From assembly GCA_964016885.1 (NCBI GenBank), contig OZ024743.1, positions 32,736,001-32,800,000 on the forward strand: a stretch of 64,000 bases of DNA, read 5' to 3'. The notes below the pieces were generated by a model. The model was given only the letters and a program-made list of their open reading frames with translations, did not search any database and was not told the DNA's origin. The position numbers and the translations under genes are program-made. Position 1 is the first letter of the stretch. Each line of letters opens with the position of its first letter. Below are positions 13,563-26,954 of the stretch, piece after piece. The stretch comes from Eledone cirrhosa (Eukaryota).

Positions 13563-14050
13563 GATATATATATATATATATATATTTAGATATATATATA
13601 TATATATATATTTAGATATATATATATATATATATATTTAGATATATATATATATATATATATTTAGATATATATATATATATATATTTAGATATATATA
13701 TATATATATATATATATTTAGATATATATATATATATATATATATTTAGATATATATATACATATATATATATTTAGATATATATATACATATATATATT
13801 TAGATATATATATACATATATATATTTAGATATATATATACATATATATATTTAGGTATATATATATATATATACCTAAATATATATATATATACCTAAA
13901 TATATACCTAAATATATATATATATACCTAAATATATACCTAAATATATATATATACCTAAATATATATATATATATATACCTAAATATATATATATATA
14001 TATACCTAAATATATATATATATATACCTAAATATATATATATATATACC

Positions 14051-14095
<45 letters not shown>

Positions 14096-14255
14096 AAATA
14101 TATATATATATATACCTAAATATATATATATATATATATATACCTAAATATATATATATATATATATATATACCTAAATATATATATATATATATACCTA
14201 AATATATATATATATATATATATACCTAAAAATATATATATATATATATACCTAA

Positions 14256-14281
<26 letters not shown>
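13481..14281. repeat. (TA)n-based minisatellite with an internal inversion (TTTAGA units switch to CCTAAA units)
   Basis: About 11 TTTAGA-punctuated units, one TTTAGG at 13851, then about 17 CCTAAA-punctuated units. Confidence 0.9.
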
Positions 14282-14295
<14 letters not shown>

Positions 14296-17200
14296 TAATG
14301 TGTGCTTGCATATTTATAGATATACACAAGCACACACATATATATGAATATTGTATAATATAGAGACAGAACTATTTACATACATGTACACATAGAAGGA
14401 CATTATATATATATATGAACTAAATGTATGTGTTTGTATGTATATTTGCATGTTAGTATATATGTCTGTAACTACATTTATATGTAAATATATGCAAATA
14501 CATTTGTGCATATGTATCTATATATTTGTAATGTTTTTATCTCTCTCCCTGTTTATCTTCCTTTATCTTTTATATATACATACATACATATATATAGAGA
14601 GAGAGGGGGAGAGGGGGTTAAGAGCTTATCACAGAAACAGCTTTTTATATACACATCTTCATTCAATATACAACCATAGTGCTGTATAAGCTGTTTAATG
14701 CTGTCTTTCAGATGAAGGAATAATTGCAATTTAGTGGAGTTTGGGGACATAAAGAAAGATTCCTAAATATCTATTTTATGTGATGTTTAGTGTTATGTTG
14801 AGAGCTTAGTGGAAGAAAGATCATAGGTCAATAGTAAATGGTGTAGTGCTAAGCCTAGGAGAAAATGGAAGGAAGCATTTAATGTAAAAGTATCTGTGGA
14901 CAGAGCAACATAAAAGAAGTCATCATACTGTCTCATCTAAACAAAACCAGCAGGAAAATAAAAATCATAAGTAAAGTTAAGCTGTCATCAAATTATGTGT
15001 TGTTTTTGAATGGTAATATCAGTAAAATTTGGCACCAACAATGTACAACCACTGTCCTACCATAGTGTCTTTTTATCACAAAGGGTCTCTATCATTTCTT
15101 TCTGAACTACAATGGTCTCTCTCCTCATATGAACTGCACTATATTGATATCCACTCATGTACACACCTTTTCCCCTCCTATATTATCCCCAAAAGCACAC
15201 AAAACTTTTATCTCAATCCTTCTTACAATGAATTTTATCTGAAAATGCCTTTTAGGTAAGTTGAAATATGTGACAACTCTCACTTGCAATGTCATTTCGG
15301 TATTCTGACAGAAAAAAATTCTATTCTTACCCAATAATACTTGACTGCAGTTAAAAGAATTCAAAACAACAAACACCCATTTAAAACCTTTTTCTCCACA
15401 AAATCAGGGACTGCTTTTTTGTGGCAATGTTTTACAGTTGGGTGCCCTACTTGGTATCAACATTTTTAGTCATCTCTTACAATATGCATGGATATAGCAA
15501 ATGTAGTGTTTGTTGATGCAAGAGCACATATGATAAATTTTAAAACAACACTTGAATGCAATTGCTCTTCCCATTAGCACAGTTTTCAAACTTACACCAT
15601 TGATGTAAACATATTTTTAATGTTTTGTTGGTGCTATGAAATTGACAATATAAATAAATAGACAACTAAATTTCATATCCCGTGTCACATGTCTAGTTGT
15701 CAAATCTCAAATATACTTCACAGTCAAATACTTGTAACAAGTAATCAGATTTGATTCAATGTTGCAACACACCCAGAGATTATCAGTGGCACACTAAAGT
15801 CTTGTGTCACACAGTTTGAAAATCTTTGCACTGGAATAACAAATGAATAATACTTATAAACTCTGCTGGACCTAACCAATAAAATGAAAACTGTTTTAAA
15901 CAATAACAATATTAATCTGAACTAATGCTATGCTTTTAGTTTGTTAAGGCACTTAAATAACTCTGAAAATCACATGATTTTCTAGAGTTGCTCAATAGTA
16001 ATAGATAAGAGAAAATTAATTTGTCTATTTAGTTTTTCATTTCTGGGACATATTTGTTATGGGCTTGTCTCTTTTATTAACAAGGTGCACCAATAGTATA
16101 GTAGTTATAGGTAGTTGGTTGGTAAATAAACTTTGTAGTCAACAATAAATATATAGCACATATTCATTAAAAAGGATTTTTTTTCACCTTCTAAAATGAA
16201 AACAAAAAAAATATGTAAAATTTCCAAAGTTTTAGTTGATAGTGCACACATCTTCCTAGAATGTTTTATGGCTTACAGATTAATGTTTCTGACAAGGTTT
16301 TTTCTTTAATGCATTCACAGAAGCCTCGGTATGTTGGCCAGGATTAGTAAATTTGCTTTTAAAATATTTAGTTTGAAAGCATTTTTATGAAGCAAACATT
16401 TTATTTCTTTGTTTTTGTATTATTTGTTTCATCTTTTGTTTAAATATTTTATTATCCTGTGTTATTATTCCTTAATTTTCACTTATAGAAGAAGATAGTA
16501 GTGAGAAAATGGTGAACAGAAAACAAATTAATACTGATAAAAATATTGTGATTTTAATGACATTACAGGTTTTTATTTTTGCTCCAGTAGTTTATCTGAA
16601 ACATACATGACATCTGGAAATAATACCTCTTTTTTGACTTGTGAAAACTTCAGATACTGTGCATCTTTAGTTCAAGTGTTTTCTAAAATCAATCATAGTG
16701 TAACTGAAAGTTTTGACATAAGAAATTAAGCATTTTGTGTTGAAATATTTAGTTCAAAGAGTCATTTCAGTGCTAAAGTTGATAAAGGAAGAAAACTAGA
16801 GATGTATTTGTAGTGTGGTTTTAAATGTCAACACTTTCATCTTATTATAGGAAATAATAATTCAGTTAGTCAAACCTTCAAATCAATAAAAGGAAAATAT
16901 CTTACCTATGCCAAATATTAGTATTACCACCAAATGTTATTGGTGGCAGCACAATGTATTTTTATCTCTACAGGAGGGTCATTTTGCTCAATAGTTGAAA
17001 GTAGAACTTCAGGGTGTGGGGAAATAGATTATGATTGAACATTACAAATAAAAATAATCAAGGTACTTTTTGCTTTTTTGTTTTTACTTTGGTAGCAATG
17101 TATTGTAATTTATGTTTGGCTTAGACAAACTCTGATGTTAATACGACAATAGTAAAGTTAGGAAAAAAACAGACAGTTCCCAATTCTGTAGAATTTACCA

Positions 17201-18882
17201 AAATAATGGTTTCCAAAGTTGGCACACAGCCACACATTTTATAAAATGAGTTTAGTTTATTTAATCGAGCTCAATACATGATTCTATTTATTTTTTCAAC
17301 CCCAGAAAGATATTTTTCATCCTTTAGTCAGGGAGGAAAGAGCAGCATTCATAATCTCCTTTTAGTGTGCTTGCAATAGATTGAACTCTGATCAAAGTAC
17401 CCAGGGACCTGTTAATAGCATTCAAACAAATGACAGATTAAGTCTAACACCTTATAAGTCAGAATGCAAAGTAATGAAATATATATCTCTTCTCACAATC
17501 TATCAATTCCACTAATCCACCACACTGAAGAGTACCTTAATTTATTGACCCCTACATAATGAAAAACAAAGTTGACCTTGGTATGATTCAAACTCAGTTT
17601 ACAGAGAGCAGTAACAAATGCTACAAAGTATTTTGCTGCCTTTTATACTAATTCACTGTGTTATATGATGAAAGACAAAATCAACCATAGAAGTGTTAGT
17701 ATTGAATTCAGTAGATAGCGGGATGAAACTAAATGCAGCAAACTATTTGATGATCAGCCATCTCTGTCATTCTACTGCCTAAAGCTCTTACAAAATAATC
17801 ACATCTTTCTAAGCATTATATTGTTCAATTTTTAAAATGTTTCTAAATTACTTCCATTCTGGAAATACATTTATACATAAAAGAAATTTCAGGAATTGTA
17901 TGAGAGACACTTAGAAACCATATCATACTAAACTAGACAGTGAACTAAATCAAAATAAATGACTGATAATTATTGCTGGAGGACACATTAGATTTTACTT
18001 AGATTGTCATGAAGAGACAACTAGTATGAAACCATTAAAGGTTAATTAAATGGGTGGAAGTATTTTAATGCTTAAAGCATTAAAGAAAAGAAGCTCAAAT
18101 AAGATAAAATACGAAGTTAGAAATAAAACTAATACTAGTGCGTTTACTAATAATAGCAAACATGGGAGATAACTGTAGATGTTTAAATGTTATTTTGAAT
18201 CATAGTGGAAATATGATCTTGTTATACTTGCCAGTATTAGAAATTAAATATTCCCATAAGTATACAAAATTGTAAATTTGTCTGAGTTGAGTTTAAAAAT
18301 TAAATAATTCTCAGTCATTATCAAGATGATGAAATTATTTCTATTTGAATCAAGAATGCTTGGTTTGAAAGCATGAACAAGTTGAGAGAAAAACATCATA
18401 AGCAGAATCAGATCTTGTGTGAAGAAGAGAATATTGTTTTTGCTTTCACTCTATGTTTTTAAAGTGTTCTGAGACTATGCCTTTCTCCTCTTCAAGAGAA
18501 GACAAACAGAAGATATGTGGACTCGAGAAGCTGCAGCAAAGGCAATCCAACTAGGAAAGCAGCATCTCTGAAAAAAAACCCAGAAAAACAACACAGGATT
18601 AAGTAAACTCTTTTATTCTGGCAGATAACCTCTTTAATGTGAGTGGTACAATACAATATATCTAGTTCATGCTATAAAGTGGTTAAAGTAACAGAAAAGG
18701 CATCTATTCATAAACATGATGCAAAGAAACATATAATACACAAAAAAATGTGGAGGACCATAAGCGGTGGTGGAACAAACCCATCTAACCCATACCAGTA
18801 TAGAAAATTGAACACAAAATATTGATGATGATGATGATGACAAAGTTTATTCAAAAGTAGGTTTGAAAATGCTTTTAACATT

Positions 18883-19165
18883 TTGAATAGTGTGCCGGAG
18901 AGAAGTCTGCATAGGTATGGACATGTGAAGCGCATGGAGGATGACCACTGGGTAAAGAAGTGCCAAGAAATCCCAGTAGAAGGAAGACACAGTAGAGGAA
19001 GACCACGAAAAACATGGGCAGAGGTGGTGAGAGTTGACCTCAGATCGCTGAAGCTCATGGAGGAGATGACAAAAGACCATGACGAATGGAGAGATGCTGT
19101 GCTAAATAGGACCCATCCCACCCTTGCGAGCAGGGAAAAGTGGAGATAAAATGATGATTATGATA
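18883..19165 (+). mobile_element. RTE-clade LINE 3' fragment
   Basis: Translation ERSLHRYGHVKRMEDDHWVKKC...GRHSRGRPRKTW is a typical RTE C-terminus, followed by an (ATG)n tail. Confidence 0.85.
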
Positions 19166-19249
19166 TAAAACTACATGAAATAAAGGATATATGATTAAAG
19201 ATGCTACTCTGATAAAAATCTACATATAAAGGAAAACATTTTTGTTTGA

Positions 19250-19350
19250 TTACAACAAGAGGCCGCACTGGTGATGTTCTTTTAAAGGTTTATTGTTGCA
19301 AAAATACTATTTATATTTCAATGTCCTGGTGACATCATCAGGTGTAAATT
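19250..19350 (-). mobile_element. Penelope-like element terminal remnant with a degenerate hammerhead motif
   Basis: The minus strand reads CTGATGA-tgtc-accag-gaca-tt-GAAA-tata, then AATAAA. Stems I and III are eroded. Confidence 0.45.
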
Positions 19351-21549
19351 GCATAATTAGTTAATCAATAAAGGAATTATGGCATACACAAACAAAGAAA
19401 GTACAGAAAAAATAGTTGATTTGGCAATGGCCAGCAATCTAGGTATTATTGTTGTTTCAGACCACCCCCGAATGGCAGGCTAGTGAATGCAAAGCATTGT
19501 GTGTTTGGTAGGTGTTGGGCTAGTATATTGGAGACATACATCCTGTTTTTAGCGATACTACTATACTGATGATAACTACTCTGGCCATAGCGACTGGCCA
19601 TAGCCACTGACCAAAACCAGCAAAGTATGAAGGTGAAGAATTTCAGGTTACTGTAGATGTGGAGGTCAGGTTATAAAATTCTAGAACGTCCAAAAAGGGA
19701 AAAAACAGTTTTGAATTAATTAATCATCTTTTATTAATGAGGTTGAATGGGATTACTTTGACTATGTTTTTCTAAGACAGGAGGAAAAGAAACTGAGAGG
19801 GGGGAACTTTCAATGTCTTTTGATGATACTGAGTAATCTTGGACTTTGTTTAGTGTTTGCTTGTGTCAATATTTGTATTGGAAGTGTGGTGGCCTCAAGT
19901 GGTGCATGATAGGTGGAAATTCTTCAGATTTATTAAAGTTTACAACACAAAAGAAAGTTTCAACTGAGATAGGGAATTCTGGGTAGTTATTTCCATGAAG
20001 AGATGCAAAACAAAGAATTCCAGATAGTCTTCCACATGAAGAAAAATATCCATCATGCCATTGTAATCACTTCTCAAGAACTAGCAAACATGACAGATGA
20101 CAACAGCTTAATGAAATTTCTCGTCAATGGTACCAGTGAGACCACAAGTGCTGGAGATTTTAGTTTGTAACATTATCAAATGACAGAATAGTAACAACCT
20201 CAATAATCCCAGAAGATATACCATAGAAAATAACAAGTATATTTATTACATATCACCTGTTTACACTAACATGATTATTTTACAGAGCAAAATAATTAGT
20301 TGTTGAACTAAGTAATTTCTACAATTAACTGTAATTAAATCATGATTTGAAGTTTTACTGCATCCAGTTTACTGAAATTTCAGTAAACTGGAAAATAAAG
20401 GAAATATGAATAACTAAGTTTGTATAATTAATAACAAGGCATTGTTCAACTAGTTTACTTTTAATTATTGACTTAGAAACTCTGTTGATACTGTGTAATG
20501 AGAAGTTTAGCTAGATAAGATTTTATTGGTGTTGTTTTAGTTAATTTTAAAAGAAAATAAATTTTCCCAGGCTACATAATTGATTATTGGCATTTCAGAA
20601 GTTATCATCATCATTAATGTCATCGTTTTAATGCCACTTTCCTTGCTAGCAAGGGTTGGACAGGTCTACATAGACCAATCTATACTGGAGCTGGCCTAAT
20701 GATCTCCCAGACAAGCCAAGGATCTGTCGTCTCCTTTTGTATAGTTTCACATTCTATTGAGTGTGCAGGAGAGGTTGTTATGTCTTTGACAAAACTGAGG
20801 GTTCTCTCAACTCTTTGTTTGTCAAGCTTTCTACAGCTGGATGCCATTCCTATCACACTTTACAGCATGTACTGGGTGTTTTTATCATGTAGGTCACCAA
20901 ACACTAGGGAGGCTGCCATGTCCTTGACACAACTGAAGGGTCCACCTAACACTTTGTTTGGCAAGTTCTCTACAGCTGAATGCCCTTACTATCACCAGCC
21001 ACTTTACAGCATGTACTGGGTGAGTTCATCATGTAAATCCCCAAACACTTACAACCTTATATGTGTGTGTTTGTGTGTGTGTAAGATGATAGTTCTGGTA
21101 CCATAACAAAAAGCATCCAGTGCATTCTGTCACATGGTTGTTAGGAAGAGCATCCTGTCATAGAAACTCAGCCAAAAATAGATATGTATGAGCTAGACAT
21201 GATTATCTGACCTGGTCTGGTTAGTCTCATAACATGACAATCCATCTAACATATGAAAGCATGGAAGATAGTCATTAAACGACGATGATGATGATGATGA
21301 AGGATAGATTGATAGATAGATAGATAGATTTCTTTATTAGCCACAAGGGCGCACAAGAAAAGGGGAAAATACAAAGACATGCCGGGGATTTTACATACAG
21401 TCGTGTAAAAGTATAAAAACAAACAATTACAACAATCGAAATCCCCAATAGGGGGAGGCACACAAATGGGTTGTTTAATACCCCGTCGATAGAACAACCC
21501 TCAACTCCAGAAGCGTGTTGTGCAAGTGCTCCTTTCTTCCTTTTGCTCT

Positions 21550-24500
21550 CTTCTTCACCTACAGGCTTATAAACAGAGAAGGCCCAATCACTCAGGCCAT
21601 TTTCGTTTCATTCACCCACCTTTCAGTAAATTTACTGGGGTGCAGTGTCTCTCTCTCCACCCTGATTCTCCTTCTAAAGTGATACTTAAAGAAGGGAATC
21701 AATTGTTGTCCGGAGAGAAAGGCATCTGTCCTCAGTCCTCTCAACCTCGTCCACCATATAACTTCTTTCACCATAGCCACCGTACAGAGGAAAACCGCCT
21801 CTCTTTCGTTTTTGAAAGAGGCTGGCGGTTTGATCCTTACTATGGACTCAGCAGTCAACTGGATTTGTCCCATACGCGACAGCAGTTGTTCTGCATAGTT
21901 CCACAGGTCGGTTACGCCCGGGCAGTGTACAATTGCGTGCAGGACTGTTTCAATGTCCTGCACGCATCTTAGACACGTCCTCTTGGAAGGATCCCTGCCG
22001 GGGCGTCCGTGCCTGTAGATCTTGTCGCGAACCAGTAGAGCTCCTCGGTAGCACTGCCAGGCCAGGGAGCTCTGGAGGTTGTCCATATGTCCCGAGCGGA
22101 AAGTCCAACCAAAGAGACTGGTGAGCTCATCGTCTTCGACGCCCAGAGTCTCTCCGAGCACATCGTTGCCCTTGTAACGTACAATCCCTCTATAGAATGT
22201 CGAAGTGGAGTCTCCACTGATTGCTGCGCCCGCTTGCCAGAGGACTGTGAGTGCCTGAGCACATTCAATGTGCCAGGCGCCCATCGTTTTCGGTCTTTTC
22301 TTGACCCAGGACTGCAGCTCCGTCAGCGAGACGAGCTGTGGGAAAGCCTGTCTCACAAACGGTGCCCGGTGAGGAATACCTGGAGATGCCGCAGCCTCAG
22401 CGCATGTTTCCGCATCATCAGCCACGGCATTCCCAGCCCTCCATTGGAAGGGTGCTGACAGCAGACGGATCTCCGCACCAGCGGAGCCTGCTTCTTCCAC
22501 AGAAACTGGAAGAGCATGCGTTCCATCTTGGCGAGGTGTTCACGGGGACAAGGCACGACAGTCAAGCAGTAGTAGATGACGGATGCTATGAAAGTGTTTG
22601 CCACCTCCGCTCGACCTTTCAAGGACAGTTTGCACTCTGCCCACTTCTGGGTGAGTGCAAACACCTTGGCCGTGACCTCGTTCCAATTTTTCTCCACCTG
22701 GAGGTCTGGACTGAACCAGACCCCGAGCAATTTCACCGGTCCGTCCGTCCAGCATCCAACGACGCTCTCGGACGTCATCGGTTTGCCTCTCCACGTACCG
22801 AGTTGCAAACCGACAGACTTGTGCAGGTTTAGTTTTGCTCCCGACAGCGTTTCGTATTCTTTCAGTAAGTTGCCGATCACCCTGATTTCCGAGGTGCTCG
22901 ACACCATTACCGTCACGTCGTCGGCATAAGCCGACGCCGCTTTGCGCAGTCCCGGTTCTAGAGGGATGCCCTGCAACAGCTCCAATTTCCACAGTAGTGG
23001 CTCTAGAGTCAATACATACAGAATGGAGGAGAGAGGGCACCCCTGTCGAATGGAACGCGTGATTGCGAACGGCTCCGACAGGTAGCCATTCACCTTGACC
23101 CTCGAGCAGATGCTGGTGTGCATCGCCTCGATCCATCTGAACACGGGACCGAAACCGCTTCCAAGTATCGATGGTCGACCCTATCGAATGCCTTATACTG
23201 ATCCAAGTTGATCAGAGCCCCACCGAAGCCGGGTTTACTACCCACCCTCTCTATGATGCATCGCAGGAGGTGGAGGTTGTCGTGTATGGACCTGGTCGGG
23301 ATTGCACACGTTTGCGCTTTCCCTACCAGGTTCTCGACGACAAGCGCCAACCTCGTCACTAGCACCTTGGCCAAAATCTTTAACTCTGTATTGAGCAGAG
23401 TTATGGGCCTGAAGTCGTTAATTTCGTCCCGCTTGTTCTCGTCTTTCCTGATCAGCGTTACTACGCCCTTTCCTGCAGAACTGGGAATTCTCCCGTTCTG
23501 CTGCCAATTGCAGTAGACGGCTTCGAGGACGCCAGAGAACAAGTCCGGCATGCCTATGTAAAACTCGTAGGGTAGACCATCTAGACCGGGTGACGTGCGT
23601 TTCCCGCAGCAGCCCAGAGCATCCCGTATCTCAGTGTCCATGATCGGTCTTTCGCAGAACTCGACGTCCGTGTTCGAGAGACACGGCAGGCCATGAACTA
23701 AAGTCCATTGCCCCGTTCGGCTCACCGTCGTTCTGCTCAAACAGTCGCGCAAAGTGCCGCTGAAAGGCCGCACACATTTGCTTGGGGTCAAGTAGCACGC
23801 GTCCGTTTTGGTCTTTCAAAGACCGAATCGTGGACTTGTTGCCACTTTTTGCCTCCGCCACTCGGGCCCAGCTGACAGCTTTTGCTCCTTCGTTTCCTAG
23901 AGCACGTGTTTTGCTTCTGACCAGGCAGCCTTCGTGTTTCGCATCGAAGAACTGGTCCAGTGCTGTTCTCGACGCTAACACTCTAGCCACGTTGCCACTT
24001 CTAGCTTGGCTACTAGTTCTCTTTCTATTCTGTTTTTCTCTAAGGCTAACTCTCTGCTATACCCTATCGATTCTATTCTAATTGCTTTCTTGAGAGAGTA
24101 CCACCATCTATTGTTGACGATGGCTCCCGTTAACTGTTGCTTGACTAGTCTACTTATCCGTTCACTGTAAGCTTTACGTGCCAGCAATGACACGTTCAGC
24201 TTCCAGTATCCGGGTCCCTGTCTATGTATTCTATCACGGTTGACTAAGCAGACGACTAACTTGTGATCTGAATAGGCAACCATGTGCATTCGTGGACAGC
24301 TTAACATCTTGTCCCTTTCTCTAATGAAGAACCTATCTAAATACGATCTAAATGTCCCACTGCGGTTTGCCCACGTCCACTGTGGTGCAGTCGGGAAATC
24401 CAGTCGACACCTATCGGCCACTTGGAATTGGCCGATTAAAGTTTTGAGCCTGTTGCACCCCGCTCTACTGGAACATGCTCCCACATAGTCCCATCGTGTA

Positions 24501-24871
24501 TCTAGGATACCATTCCAGTCCCCCACTAAAAGTAAGGAGCGAGACGTTCCCAGAAAAGACTCTAGACACTTAAAGAAGTCTGGCCATGATTGCGATTGCC
24601 CGGTCGGGTTCAAGTGTACTTGCTGTACTTCGACGTCCAGGTTCTTCCGAAACATGACAGCCACTCCACCTCCACCTCCTGGCTGACAGAGAGATGCGTA
24701 GATCTCAAAGTCGTCAAAGATGGGGGTTAATTCCTGCCTGTTGTGGATTCTGGACTCGGTGATGGCTATCACATCCATACTGTGTGACCTAAGGTCGTTT
24801 AAACGTTGGCCCTGTTTCCAGGGCATCCCTAGGCCACGCACATTCACGGTTCCAACTCGTAAACTAGCCAT
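21550..24871 (-). pseudogene. Tx1 ORF2 (APE endonuclease, reverse transcriptase, CCHC), broken into at least 5 frames
   Basis: ORF-track pieces 23975-24871, 23631-23990, 23090-23791, 22353-23144 and 21592-22500 are collinear parts of one L1/Tx1 ORF2. Confidence 0.92.
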
Positions 24872-24931
24872 GTTGGTGAAGAAAAGGACGAAAGGTGCAC
24901 TTACCTTTTCGTTTCCTGGAGATCGGGTTGT

Positions 24932-26728
24932 TCAATCTCCATTTTGGTGCTGGGTGGGGAAACATTTTAACAGGACGCGGTTGATGGGTTTGTGGCAGGG
25001 GTTGCCCACGTCCTGTGAAAATTTATTTTTTAGGTCATTATAGGTTTCCATAGAAACCCTTATAAGTTTAAGGTGTGGAGACGATTCTGCCTTGACGAAA
25101 GTTTTGCCCTCCGTCTCCACCTTGGGGTTTGGGGAGATGACCTCCATCAAACTATTGTTGTTTGTGTTGATGTATGCGTATTGTTGTTTGTGTATTTGTT
25201 GTGTTGTTTTAGTTTGTTGTTCGTCCGGGAGTTTTCTTTTTATGATGGGTGCTTTTGTTTGGGATGGTGTTGGTGCTGGTTTTGCTGATAGGGGGATGTT
25301 TGACTGTGGTGTTGTTTGTGTTGTTGTTGGTGATTGGAGTTTTGGAGGTTTTGTGGTGTCTCTTTTTTTTTTTTTTAGATTTCCGCGGCTCTCCCTCTTC
25401 TTCACTTAAAGAAGGTGAAGGAGCTTCATCCGTCGATGAATAATCATCGTCAGGTGTGTGGGGTAGGGGTATGTTGTGTGGTGGTGGTGTTTCGGTGTGT
25501 GTGTTTGTGGTAGTGTTTGATGGAGTGGGATGGAGTGGGGCTGTGTTCTTCAGGGGTGTTGTCTCTGTTTTTTCTGTTGTTGTTGTTGGTTGAGTATCTG
25601 TTTGTTTTTGTGTGGTTGCTCGTTTCCTCTGTCGTACTTGTGGTGGTGGTGGTTGTTTTGGTATTGGTGTTGGTAATAGTGTTTTTTTAATGATGTTGTT
25701 GTTGTGTGTTTGTGGACAAGAAGCTTTTAGGTGTACTGTCCTTCTACCGAAATGTTTATTTTGTTGTTATTATCGATGACGACTCTTTAGGGTATTTTGG
25801 AGATTCTCTCCGGTTTCATTTGCAACAGAATCTCCATATCAGTACCCGCCCACCTTTGTCGAATAGATTTTCGTATCGAAAGAATCATATCAGTTTCTGG
25901 CTCTACGAAGCCAGCCAAGATCCACCAGATGTTAATGTTTGGGGTATGTTTTTTATTTTTATTTTTTGTGCCCTTTTCCCCATGTATGTAGGGGGAAAGG
26001 TGTATGCTTTTGACACCATTGGTGTCAGAATGTTTTGAGGCGAGTGCCTCGCTTTTAAACAGTACGGAAGCACTTCCGTACTGTTTTCCTCGCTGGAGAA
26101 AATCGATATTTGCTAGAATTTCCTTGAAAGTAGCTTCTATATCTGCTTGGCTAACAAATGTCGGCTTTCTTGTGGAATTTGATACAGTCCTAAAGGTGAC
26201 TGATCTGCGAATTGTGTCTTCCTTTATTTCAAGGGGTGAGTTAATTCCAAACCCACCTTTTTCTTCGAAAGTTACAAATTTTCTCCCTTGCTGGAGCATA
26301 TCTCTTGCGTTGGAGATATCAAGATTTATAAAATCTTGTTTTTTGTTCAGTTTCATCGAAAGACATTTTCTTTTTTTGTGTGGTGTTGCTGTTGTTGTTG
26401 TTGTTATCGTTGTTAGCCTCGGTGTTGAAAATCTCAGTTCCTTGTCGAGGTGAAACATTATGTGTAGATGTATCTGTAGAGTTGTTGATGTCTTTTTCAT
26501 GTGTATGTTAATAGGTTTAATTTCTGTGTTTTCATGTGAGTTATTGTTACTTTTCTCCGCTTCGACGGTAGAAATTTTAAAATCTTCAAGTGGTAATATT
26601 TTTTCCTCTTTGTTGACAGTCGTATCTATGGCGACGTCCATAGTAGCAGAAGCAGATATAACGTTAATATCTGCCTCTTTCTCTCTCTTTTCTCTATTGA
26701 CGTTCTCCAGCGTTCTTGTGTTGCTCAA
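24932..26728 (-). pseudogene. Tx1 ORF1 (disrupted), with a T/Q/K-rich low-complexity segment
   Basis: Lies upstream of ORF2 on the same strand; pieces 25787-26728 and 24932-25405. No clear CCHC knuckle is visible. Confidence 0.7.
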
Positions 26729-26954
26729 GTTATTTAGTTTGTAAAATCTGATATTTTAAAACAATTTTTAAAATAAAATGTTCACCCCTATAGGGGCGAA
26801 AAGTGGGATTACCACCCAGCTGACAATTCAGCTTGGGGGTTAATCTACAAAATGTTATGTTTTTTCAAACAATTAGTTCGGTTTTTTGCATAGAAATTAA
26901 GAAAAAAGCTTACCAGCGTTGTTTCACGCGTTAGGCAGAAAGAGAGATAGATAT

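Larger units (their letters stand above)
21330..26940 (-). mobile_element. Near full-length Tx1/L1-clade non-LTR retrotransposon with frameshifted ORF1 and ORF2
   Basis: ORF2 pieces give an APE endonuclease (VGTVNVRGL, GDWN, YLDR, SDH; 23975-24871), RT (SPGLDGLPYEFY, RPITLLN, DQYKAFDRVDH, RQGCPLS, YADD) and a C-terminal CxxC..H..C. ORF1 pieces lie at 24932-26728. The 3' AATAAA abuts (ATCT)n. Confidence 0.95.

Noticed and set aside
13851-14260. TTTAGG/CCTAAA as interstitial telomeric repeats
   Set aside because: Units are separated by variable (TA)n and derive from a local TCTAAA; they are not TTAGGG arrays.
19010-19030. TWAEVV as possible sif exon 2 (LWAEVF)
   Set aside because: It lies within the RTE C-terminal motif GRPRKTWAEVV and has no splice acceptor.
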